Shown piece after piece: positions 52,774 to 64,000 of a stretch of 64,000 nt of DNA (its first letter is position 1; each line of letters opens with the position of its first letter). A model generated the notes under the pieces. It was not told the origin of the DNA, searched no databases, and saw only the letters and a program-made list of their open reading frames with translations. Made by a program: the position numbers and the translations under genes. This DNA is from Vicugna vicugna (lineage: Eukaryota). The stretch lies in the NCBI GenBank assembly GCA_013265495.1, contig MU057993.1, positions 1 to 64,000 on the forward strand. Reading direction: 5' to 3'.

Positions 52774-54313
52774 TCTAGTTTTAGTCTTTTGAGGAATCTC
52801 CATACTGTTTTCCACACTGGCTGCACCCAACTACTTTCCCACCTGCACTGTAGGAGGGTTCCTTTTCTCCACAGCCACTCCAGCATTTGTCATTTGTGGA
52901 CTTTTGCATGATGGCCATTCTGATTGGTGTGAGATGAGACCTCATTGTAGTTTGATTTGCATTTCTTAGATAATTAATGATATTGAGCATTTTTTCATAT
53001 GGCTATTGGCCATTTGCATGACTTCATTAGAGAATTGCTTGTTTAGTTCTACCCATTTTTGGATTGGATTGATTTTTTTTTAATTCAGTTTTATGAGCTG
53101 TTTATTCTGGAAATGAAGCCCTTTTCAGTCTCATCTTTTGCAAATATTTTTCTCATTTCATAGGTTGTCTTTTTGTTTTGCTTATGGTTTCCTTTGCTGT
53201 GCAAAAGCTTATAAGTTCATTTGGGTCCCATTTGTTTATTTTTGCTTTTATTTCTATTGCTTGGGTAGACTGCCCTAGGAGAATATTTATGAGGTATATG
53301 TCAGATAACATTTTGTCTATGTTTTCTTCTAAGAGGTTTATAGTGTTTTGTCTTATATTTAAGTCTTTAAGTCATTTTGAATTTATTTTTGTGTATGATG
53401 TGAGGAAGAAGTCTAACTTCATTGATTTACATGCAGCTGTCCAGTCTTTGCTATATCATTTGCTGAAGAGACTGTCTTTTCTCCATTGTATGTTCTTGCC
53501 TCCTTTGTCAAAGATTAACTGACCAAAAATTTGTGAGTTTATTTCTGAGCTCCCTATTCTGTTCCACTGATCCATATGTCTGGTTTTGTACCAATACCTT
53601 GGATGACTGTAGCTCTGTAGTATTGTCTGAAATCTGGGAGGGTTACTCCTCCAGCTTTGTACTTTTTCTTCAGTAATCCTTTGGTAATTCTGGGTCTTTT
53701 GTGATTCCATATAAATTTTAGGATTATTTTTTGTAGTTTTGTGAAAAAAAAATCCTCGGTGATTTGACAGGTTTTGCATTAAATCTGTTGATTGCTTTGG
53801 GTAGTATGGCCATTTTAATAATATTAATTCTTCCAGTCCAAGAACTTGGGATATCTTTCCATTTCTTTAAGTCCTCTCTAATTTCCTTAGTCAGTGTTTT
53901 GTAGTTCTCCATATAAGTCTTTTGCTTTCTTGGTCAGATTTATTCCTAATTATTTTATTGTTTGGATGCAATTTTAAAAGGGATTATTAGTTTCATGTAA
54001 AGAAATGCCACTGATTTCTGTATGTTGATGTATCCTGCTACTTTGCTGAATTCTTTTATTAGCTCTAGTAGTTTTTGTGTGGCGCCTTTAGGGTTCTCTA
54101 TATGTAGTATCATGTCATCTACATATAATGACAATTTTACCTCTTCTCTTCTAATTTGGATCCCCTTTATTTCTTTTTGTTGTCTGATTGCTATATACTA
54201 TATTGGATGCTAATACTATATTGAATAGAAGTGATGAGAGTTGGTATCCTTGTCTTGTTCCAGATTTTAGCAAAAAGGCTTTCAGCTCCTCATGGCAGAG
54301 TATTATGATAGTA
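52774..54313 (-). mobile_element. L1 ORF2 3' portion, decayed
   Basis: Minus frames give [46 protein letters not shown]...[20 protein letters not shown] and HLTPIRMAI...KCWSGCGEK. Confidence 0.95.
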
Positions 54314-54851
54314 TGTGGGGGCACACTCAGGGGTTAATAGATCGTAGGGCTGCGATGCAAAAAACTGCTGCTCTGTGTCTTGCTGAAAACAGCGAGACCA
54401 GCCTTGCTTATCTTCGGTGTAGCTTGTTAGCTATAGGGCTGCTTCTGCTTCTTGGGAAACCATCGCATCTTTCCCTTGCTGAAAACAGCAGGGCATTCTT
54501 CACTTATCTAGTTAGATCTTGAAATTTATGGGGTCTTTGTGCCTGCCTGGTTTCCGTTATCAATTGTATACTCCCTGAACCTTGTAAACTTCTCCCTAGA
54601 AATACAGATTAACACTAGTGTTTCTATTTTTCACAAAACTGCTGACCTGCATTTCTGCACGCGCCCTGCCTCTTGCCCATCCCTGTGCCATGTTTTGTCT
54701 TAATCCTTTGTTAGACTATTCTCAATAAATAGAGAGCTGCAGAGGGGCCCTGGGAGTTGGAGTTGATATCTGGCTCCCTCTCACTCTTGACTTGCTGAAG
54801 TGTTGAGTAATTCATTCTTCTGCAGTGAGTCTTTCCCGGACAAAGCCCACA
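54314..54851 (+). mobile_element. 5' LTR of a betaretrovirus-like (ERV2/ERVK) provirus
   Basis: TGTGGG...CCCACA inverted termini, directly upstream of a leader and betaretroviral gag. Confidence 0.7.
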
Positions 54852-55034
54852 AGCGGTGACACCGATGTGACAGTCTTGAGCAGCAGAACCGACACGCTGA
54901 GGGAGGGGAAAGCACTTGGGGCTGAAAACTGCCTCCCGGTAAGGGACAGCAGCCCCCGCCTGGAGCAGCTACCACCTTGGCCAGCATTCAGTGCGAGCTG
55001 TCTTTCTCTTTCTTTTCTCACTTCCTCTTTTAAG

Positions 55035-55649
55035 ATGGACCAACAAATGACTAAAGAACAACTTCTTTACCTCGGGACATTACAGCAACTCTTAAAAGCG
55101 GCCCAGTGTTCCGTTCCTGAGGAACAATTAGTTAAGCTACTGCAAGTCATACGGGATTTCTGTCCTTGTTTCCTGCCCAGGGAACAATCGATTTAGAATT
55201 ATGGGAGCAAGTAGGGAAAAACTTAAAAAGAAGATATGAACAAGGAGAAAGGGTGCCCGCATTTGTTCTGGTCACCTGGAGCTCAGTCCGAGCCGCATTG
55301 TGCCCTTTGTATGTGGCGCCCTCGCCAAACAACTTTAGGGAACAAGACGATGCCCCCTGCCGCGTCTGCCCCCTCGGCCTGCCTTTTACAGACGGCGAGC
55401 CTGCCTTTCCGCCGGCGCCTGAGAACGTCCAGAATTGTGTGGGCCCAAAAAAGCCCTCTGTCATACAGCAGTGTCTTAGAGAAGGCTTAGCCCTTGGAGA
55501 GCCACATGCTGTCCCTGTCACCCCTGTGCAAGGGCCAACCCCCCAAGACACGATGCTCTCCTTTTTCATGTTTTCAAAGAACTGCAGCACAGCATCGAAG
55601 GGAACGGGCTACAGTGCCCTGTACTAAGGGCATCACTGGGGTAATAGGG
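55035..55649 (+). pseudogene. gag: ERV2 gag remnant (MA to start of CA), frameshifted
   Basis: MDQQMTKEQLLYLGTLQQLLK...FCP(C)FPAQGTIDLELWEQVGKNLK resembles the betaretroviral matrix motif CPWFPEQGTLDL..W..IG. Confidence 0.85.
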
Positions 55650-58600
55650 TGTGAATGAAAATACTGCCATGTGAGTGAAAATACTACAACCATATCAGTA
55701 AACAAAGAATGCTGAAACCAGGTCATCAGTGGCTGCCGCCACCCCCTAGTGGGAGCGGGCCTGCAGCCCAGCCTCTGCAGCCACTCACAATGTTGCCCTC
55801 TGAGCGGACTCAGAATAACAAAGGACGGGACACTGGCCCTGGATAGCTAGGTGCTTGTCAAAGGAATGAATTCAGTGAGCCCAAATATTTGCTTCTTCCC
55901 ATACATAGAAAGACACTAAATTCTTTAACTTGAGATGCCTGGCTTTCTTTAGATAACAAGTAATTTTCTATTGTTCCTACTACCTGGTCTTTCTTGTAAA
56001 GCTCCTTTATATCCTAGCTCCTCCCCAACCTCTTCGGAGCAGTCCCTCGGAGCGATCTGAGAGGCTGTCATCCCGGCTCGAGTCCCCCCCCCCAAATAAA
56101 ATAAAACTCTTAACTTTTAGGCTGTGCATTTATTTCAGTCGACAGTTTTGGTGACCACAAAGGGACGCAGAGCAGACTTCTCCTTTGCCTGAGCTCTATG
56201 AGGAGCTGGAGCCTTGGTACCAGCAGTGGCACTTTGTGCCCACCCGCCTCCTCGGGGAGTCCAGACGAATTTGGTTGAGTCTCTCCTGGTTTTCAGATCT
56301 CCCATATTTGTTGATNNNNNNNNNNNNNNNNNNNNNNNNNNNNNNNNNNNNNNNNNNNNNNNNNNNNNNNNNNNNNNNNNNNNNNNNNNNNNNNNNNNNN
56401 NNNNNNNNNNNNNNNNNNNNNNNNNNNNNNNNNNNNNNNNNNNNNNNNNNNNNNNNNNNNNNNNNNNNNNNNNNNNNNNNNNNNNNNNNNNNNNNNNNNN
56501 NNNNNNNNNNNNNNNNNNNNNNNNNNNNNNNNNNNNNNNNNNNNNNNNNNNNNNNNNNNNNNNNNNNNNNNNNNNNNNNNNNNNNNNNNNNNNNNNNNNN
56601 NNNNNNNNNNNNNNNNNNNNNNNNNNNNNNNNNNNNNNNNNNNNNNNNNNNNNNNNNNNNNNNNNNNNNNNNNNNNNNNNNNNNNNNNNNNNNNNNNNNN
56701 NNNNNNNNNNNNNNNNNNNNNNNNNNNNNNNNNNNNNNNNNNNNNNNNNNNNNNNNNNNNNNNNNNNNNNNNNNNNNNNNNNNNNNNNNNNNNNNNNNNN
56801 NNNNNNNNNNNNNNNNNNNNNNNNNNNNNNNNTGACCTTATGAAAATCCCCTTTAGAGGGAACTTGGATTTCTCTTCCTGTGTCCTTGAAACGTAAATGT
56901 TTTATCTTTCTCTGGGTGTTTTATGGGTGTGTGTGTATGTATATATGTTTCCTTTTTTTTTTTTTAAGGAAAACTTGTACTCTGCCATGCAAAGGTTCAA
57001 GTATTGTGTACACATGGCGGCCAAGCAAATAAATTGGGTTCGTCAACAATCCTTTTTACCAATTCTCAGGCATTTTGCCAACTTAACCTTTGTTGCATCG
57101 GCCTGGACCACAAAGGCTTTTACCTTTTGGGGAGTAAACTTCTGAATTTTATTTAGGCAACACCCCCACCCTTATGTCGAAAAGCCTCTTCATCTTATTG
57201 GGTTAAAATCACTATATTAATTGATGGCTATATGATGGATCCTTTAATTTATAAAAACTTCTAAATTGGTGAAAGTTAAGGGAGTTCTCATTATAAACAT
57301 CTGTTTTATTGGTATCTATTAAAATCAATCAAGTTTAAAGGTGGAAAAATATATCTAATGGTTAAACTAAGAACATAGTTTAAAAAAAAAAAAGGTTTAT
57401 AAAGCTACATTTGTGTTTTCCCTTTCCCTTCAATGGGTTTTAGAGATGCTAATAAAAATATTAGAATAATTCATGTTAATTAGGTTGAGTAACTGAAAAA
57501 AGGAATGTAAAAATGTCGAAATTTTTTTCTTAACAAGAAAAGAAAAAAAATAAATAAGGGACTTATCCCAAATGAATAAATGTTTTGAAATGGTCATTTT
57601 GAAAGGGATAAATAAAATGGACATTTTTGGATTTAGATACAAGGTTTTGATACTATGCTATGTAAAGTTAATATAAGGCCAAGGGGATCACCTACTGGTC
57701 CCCAGCATTAAAGTTCAAACAAGAATGCTTTATTTACCCCAGTGTAAAATATATACACTTATAGGGGTGGGAAACTATATATAGACTGAGATATTAGATT
57801 AATGATTGGGGAAACAGACATATTAATCAAATTAAAAATTGATAAAGGCCTAAATCTTTTGGCTCAAACATGGGGTTCCCTGAGACTTTTATATAAAATT
57901 AGATAAAGTGGACAAAAAATAAAAGAAAAAGTCTTCTGGCACTCCTTCTAAAATTAAAATTATTGATTAAACCTAAAAAAAAAAAATAGAAATTTGGTGT
58001 GATAAAATTCCAAGTAAATTAAATGCAGATGAGATAAGCGCTTTCGGGTAAGTACTTTTAAATATATTTTTAGAAATGTATGCTTAAGATAATCTCTGTA
58101 AATATTTGCTATCTTAAAATTCTAGAGTTGTGCTAAATTAAGTTAAATAATGGGAGTTTATTAAATAGCTATGCCATTTTGAGGTAAAATAAGATTGAAA
58201 TATTAATTACTTAACACTCACTTCCTCTTACAGAGAAACTAAAGGTGTTTAGATATATTAACAAATGGTTGGTGCAGAATTCTTTTGACCTCCAGCTAAA
58301 TCTAGTATGCTACATAGGGCCCCAAAACATCCCAAAGAGAGATTTTCATAGTGACCTATAATTTCATCTGACCAAGTGTTTTGAAACTTAACAAGCTTCC
58401 CAAATATCAAATTTTAATCAGAATTCTTTTGACTTCCAACTAAATCTGGAATGCTTCAGAGGGCCCCTGAAACATCCCAAAGAGAGATTTTAAACTGGTA
58501 AGTTTCATATGGTATGTTAAATAACGTGGGAAATATTGCCCAATGAATAATAAACCTTCCTAGGTTATACTGTATGAGCAAATATGATTAATATAGATAG

Positions 58601-61407
58601 TCTAGAAATTATATGGAATCCCTAAAAATCTGGTATGCCTGAAATGTTACTAGTCATAATTCTGGTCATTGTGACCCGATCTCTTTATTGACTGCAGAGT
58701 AACTAGGTGTTTAACCATGTCGTTTATACACAGTTATGGTTTTATTCTGATGCTTTTGCAAAATGCTTTCTCTTCAAGGAGATTTACTGGTTTCTAATAA
58801 ATTTCAAACTATAGCACTGATCTAAACTGGATAAGAAATTTTAAAGATCTGATGAAAACTCTGATTTCATAAAAATGTTAATAAAAAATGATTAGTTACA
58901 TGGGACTAAGTAAATTGATGAATATGGTTATAATTTTTGGTTTTGTCTGAAATATTACTGGCTTTTAATCTGTGTTCCCCAGATATAAACAAACTTTCTC
59001 CTTAAGCTAATTATGACTCAGCAATTTGGTAAATTATACCTATGTAAGCAGACTTGGAACAGTTATCTTTTCCCTCTATCTGATCCCTCCAGAGACTAGA
59101 AACTCTTAGATCCCCAGTGGCTCTATAAGATAAATCAAGAAAATCACCTCCTAACAGGTAAAGGAACCTCAAGGCATTTTGAGGACCTTAAAGAGAAGAG
59201 AATTCACTTAAATCTGTAAGGCAAAAATATATGACAAGCCCTTGATGTGGCTTTCCTGGCCTTAGAAAACCTTATTAAAATTCTAACCTGAAAGTCCTTA
59301 TTAAAATTTCCAACACAGCCAATTTAAAAGAGCCTACATGATCAAATAATCAGACTTAACTTATAAACAAATTAATCTTGATTTGGCTATATTTTACAAA
59401 ATGAGGGTAACTTTAGAGAGAAAAAGACTATATTTTAGTGAGTATTAAATTCTAGTTTTGTTGACTGAGGTCTATATTTTACTAAGGCTCACTTCCCAGA
59501 TCATTCTTTGTTGTTATGTTACAATGCTGCAATGTTTAATTGAATTATTAAAAGGGCACTCTAGGTTTGTTTCTGAAGCTCAGTAATCTATCCTTCGCTG
59601 AATATCCGATGTCACATGACCTGCAACCAGGGGATTACACATACAGGAACAGACATAACTTATAGAACTGTCTCCAACCTGAATGGAAGGACACTTTATC
59701 AGGTACTCTTAACTAGACCATGCACAGTGGAAGCTAAAGGAAATTGACTTTTGGATAAATTTTCAATCAGAAATATCCCTTGCATTGGACTGGCCTATAG
59801 ATTAGTGCTCACCTTAAATCAATGCTCAAATGGAAAAGAAGCTACCAGGCCAGGATGAGAAGAAGAGACATCTGAGGTAGACACCTGATCCGAGAACCTG
59901 GACCAGGCCTGTTTATCAATTACTTTGATAATTGCTCTTACCTTTGATTATGAACTAATCCAATTGTTAGGTTTATGGTCAATTAACTATATCTTGTACT
60001 TCTGTGTTATCTTGGTGGGTTTCCCTACTCCAAGGTTCTAACTAGATAGCCCTCAGAAGTTTATTTTAAAAGAGAAATTGTAATTCTATTTAGGCCACTA
60101 TTGACATTACAATTTGGGAGACCTCACCTGGGCAAATAATAATACCTGCTCTGAGCCTGACCATAAATATGAAATTTCTTATAAGATCACTCAAGCTCAA
60201 TCAAGACAACAAGCAAGATTTCCACCAAAGAATATAACCTTCTTCAATTATGAAAAGAACTTATATAGTTAACACCAGGATATGGACATTTAAGTTTAAA
60301 GGCTCTCTTATGTTGGAAAAATTAAACTGTACTAAAGATAATCAACCTAATAACACTATGGAATTTGGCTGAGAGACTTATGAACAGTGCCTGTATAACA
60401 TCTTCCCTAAAGATAAGGATTGGCACAAAACAGACTAAGTCAGATGACCTGAGGATATACTGAGCTGCATCTAATGGAAGTTTTTCAATTAAATTCTTAC
60501 TTATGACTTTAGTAACACTGCTAAATACATTATTTGTATTTTGTCTGTTTTACAAAATTGTTTCTGCATTACCAAATGTTAACTAGGCCTCCAACAAGAC
60601 TGATGATGGCTAAACATCTTGAATAAATAGATAAAATTTATAACTCTGCATAGAATAATTTTAATAGTGTAATTCTAGGTATGTTTATCAATTTCTTTGA
60701 TAATTGCTCTTACAATGAGGGGTAACAATTTTCTGGACCATAATAGACTAGTAAGTCAGATGATACAGAGAATTTTTGAGTATAAACAGGGCCAGATCCA
60801 AAAATTAACACCTGAGTTACATGTCAACACTATCTTCCACATGACCTAGGAATAAGCCTTCCTAACACCATGGGACAAAATTGGTCATGAAATGTCTCCC
60901 AAAATATTGGTTGAATTTAGGACCCAGGTTGAGCACTGTGAATGAAAATACTGCAAACCATATCAGTAAACAAAGAATGCTGAAGCCAACAAGTCATCAG
61001 TGGCTGCCGCCACCCTCCACTGAAGAAAAGCCTGCAGCCCAGCCTCTGCAGCCACTCACAATGGGGTACTCTGAGGGGACTCAGAATAATAAAGGACAGG
61101 ATACTGGCCCTAGATAGCTAGATGCTTGTCAAAGGAATGAATTCAATGAACCCAAATATTTGCTTCCTCCCGTACATAGAAAAGCACTAAATTCTTTAAC
61201 TTGAGATTCCTGATTCTCTTTAGATAAAAAGTAATCTTTTATTGTTCCAAATAACTGATCTTTGTTGTAAACCTCCTATGTATTCTAGCTCATCCCCTAC
61301 CTCTTCAGAACAGCCCCTCAGAGTGAGAGGCTGTCATCTGGGCTCCAGTCCTCCCACCAAGTAAAACGTAACTCAATGTTTAGGCTGCACATTTATTTCA
61401 GTCAGCA
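55650..61407 (+). mobile_element. Nested non-autonomous ERV1-like provirus (5' LTR 55650-56144, 3' LTR 60937-61407)
   Basis: Two homologous LTRs tgtgaatgaaaatact...tttcagtc(ga/ag)ca; flanks taggg/tagga; AT-rich interior with only an integrase-tail remnant (DLQPGDY...WK...YQVLLT, about 59617-59760) and an env-like trace. Confidence 0.9.
56149..56166 (+). promoter_or_regulatory. Primer-binding site, tRNA-Arg type
   Basis: tggtgaccacaaagggac versus TGGCGACCACGAAGGGAC, the complement of the tRNA-Arg(CCG) 3' end as I recall it; both mismatches are CpG transitions. Confidence 0.75.
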
Positions 61408-61915
61408 TAGGAAAATTTAATTCCACGAGGAAGGGAATTGTATTCCCACAAATTCTCAATTTTGATCATAATGGATAAAGGCCTCAGGATTATACATGAT
61501 TCCATCTGGAACCCAAATAGCACTAACTCAGAAAGTTATTCCAAGGATGATGCTGACAAAACTTCTTTAAGGTGACACAAGGCTGCCCTTTACTGGACAC
61601 AAATTATAAATTCACAAAAACCCTTATTGACTGTTTCCATAAAAAAAAATTATTGCATGGCCTTGTAGACACAGGAGCAGATATTTCTGTAATAGCCCTA
61701 CATCAGTGGCCTGAACAATGGGTACAAGTGACTAGTCATATGGCTGTGACAGGAGAAGGATGCACTCACACGCTGATGCAAAGTAAAAAAAACTCTAAAA
61801 TGTATTGGCCCAGAAGGACAAGCTGGGCGTATTCAGCCATTTATTCTCCCTATTCCAGTCTCTCTGTGGGGCGGAGACCTGTTACAACAGTGGAAAGTCA
61901 CAATTCAAACTTTTG
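61408..61915 (+). pseudogene. pro: ERV2 dUTPase-protease remnant
   Basis: dUTPase-like GKFNSTRKGIV...DHNG and IPSGTQIA; aspartic protease motif LHGLVDTGADISVIA..WP..W; ctgtggggcggagacctgtta (LWG-DLL, frameshifted). Confidence 0.85.
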
Positions 61916-64000
61916 GGACCAAGCCACTGTTAACATACCTCCCCGTCCATTAGTCTGGAAATCTTCCACTCCTTTTTGGGTCAAACAGTAGCCCTTTAAA
62001 GGGGGGAAACTTAATCAAGCTAAGCATTTAGTCCAGCAGGGGCTGGACACACTGAGCCACCTGCTCGTCCCTGGAACACTTCTATCTTTACTATCCCAAA
62101 AAGGCCAGGCAAGCGGGTTGCATTACCTCAGGGCTGTAAGTGCTATAATCCCACCCCTGGGAGCCCGGCAGCCAGGCCCCCCAGCCCTGCTATTACTCCT
62201 GCAGATTGGCCTGTCGTGGTTGTTGATCTTAAAGATTGCTCTTTCACTAGTAAGTTGGTAAAATCAGACCGAGAGCGTTTTGCTTTCTCTTTACCTTCAC
62301 CTGACAATCAGGCCCCTTTGTCTCACTGTCAGTGGCGAGTTCTGCCTCAGGGAATGACTAACAGCCCCACTACTTGCCAGCTCTGTGTTCACCAGGCCCT
62401 GCTGCCTGAGCGCTCTGCTTTTCCTTCCTGCCTGGTTTATCATTATGTGGATGATGTTTTACTTGCAGCACCTACACAATCCCAGCTTCTAACTATCGAT
62501 TTATGATGGATCCCCTTTCCAAATACGCACTCCAAATAGCACATGAAAAACTTCAGCTTCAAAGACCTTGGGATTATCAAGGTTACATCTTTTTTAGATG
62601 AACTAATCCATCTCAATCAGGAATCTAGATACTACTCGCCTTCCTACTTTAAATGATTTTCAGAAATTTGGGGGAGATATAAATTATATTTGACCCATTT
62701 TAGGCATCACTGTGGGACAACTTTCTAGTTTATTCAACAACCTTAAGGGAGATTCACCCTTAGAGCCCCCCTGAAAATGAACTCCAGAAGCTAAAGAGGA
62801 AATAGCACTCATTAAAAGGGCATCCAAAACAGACAATTAGGTAGGAGACAATTGGACCACCCAATTGATTTCTTCTTATTCCCCACCTTTTGGAAACTTA
62901 CAGGATTATTGGGACAGCTTATTAGCAAAATTCAATGTATAAAATAGATACTACTTTCTCATTTCTTTAAAGCAAACAAAAAACTTCTCTCCTATGCTCA
63001 ACAGCTTATAAATTTGTTATATAAGGGCCGATATCGCTGTCAGCAATTGACTGGCTATGATCCAGACATGATTTACCCAAAAATATCCTTAAGGTTTCCA
63101 ACAATTAGTCTCTTGATTTCTAATCTGCCATAGCTGACTTTACGGGGCAATTTGTTTATTCTCTACCCTCTGAGAAGTTGTTACAACAGCTAGCCCTTAT
63201 CAATGTCATTTTGCCTCACAAGATTGTGACCACTCCTATTCACAAAGCTGTCATTGTCTTTATTGATGGCTCTGGAAAAACAACTAAGTCTGCATTTCCT
63301 GGACAAGCAAGGGCATAGATTGTTTTCTGCAGGGCAACCTCAACACAAAGAGCAGAACTTAAAGCTGCCATTATGGCATTGCAACACCCTGTTAATTTGA
63401 TGTTTCACAATACATGGTTTATTTATACAAAATATAAAACAGTCATCAATTAAGAAATTAACAGACTCCTCTCTCTTTTCGCTGTTTCTTACTTTGCAAT
63501 CTCTAATAGATAAATGTAAACATCCCCTTTTTGACATACACGTAGGGTCCCATACCAATCTACCCGGGACAGCCAGCAATGCTATGGCAGATCACTTTGT
63601 TGGTTGCAGCTTGGCTTTCAAAACAGCACAACAATCGCATAAATTCTTTCATCAAAACTGTAAGTCTCTGGTTAAACAGTTTCACCCAACAAACCGTCAA
63701 GCAAAACATTATTTCAGCTTGTCCTGTTCGACAGTTATTGGCTGGAGGACAGAAATCTTGGGGTGCCAATCCTTGGGGCTTAGAGCCCAATCAAATATGG
63801 GAAACAGACATGACTCACTATCCTTCATTTGGTCCCTAAAAGTATGTCCACGTTTCCATCAATGCCTTTTCTAAATCTATCTCTGCTTCCACACACATTG
63901 GTGAAAAAACAAAACACGTTATTAGTCACCTTCTTCATGCCTTTGCACACCTGGGCAAGCCATAACAAATAAAAACTGGCAATGGACGCAGCTATACCTC
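61916..64000 (+). pseudogene. pol: ERV2 pol remnant (RT, RNase H, start of integrase), runs off the window
   Basis: [81 protein letters not shown]; many stops and frameshifts. Confidence 0.95.

Overview
Mammalian genomic DNA, most likely camelid (two tRNA-Ala-derived vic-1-type SINEs), with three assembly gaps (28818-29214, 47651-48537, 56316-56832). I see no intact protein-coding gene. The window reads as a mosaic of duplicated and retrotransposed pieces. (1) 1-24.8 kb, minus strand: an unidentified gene 5' end with a CpG-island first exon, a ~21 kb intron and two candidate downstream exons. An RPL10 retrocopy that lacks precisely one internal exon sits inside it. (2) 25.5-28.8 kb: an unprocessed, disabled copy of the JMY promoter, exon 1 and start of intron 1, interrupted by a solo LTR and pointing into gene (1). 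(3) An old ERV-L remnant and a PFN1 retrocopy. (4) A ~3.5 kb direct duplication across a gap, with near-identical ends and a diverged middle. (5) A third CpG island cut off by an L1. (6) A three-level nest: L1, containing a betaretrovirus-like ERV, containing a non-autonomous ERV1-like element with a tRNA-Arg PBS. Gene and repeat names come from my recall of the families, not from database searches.
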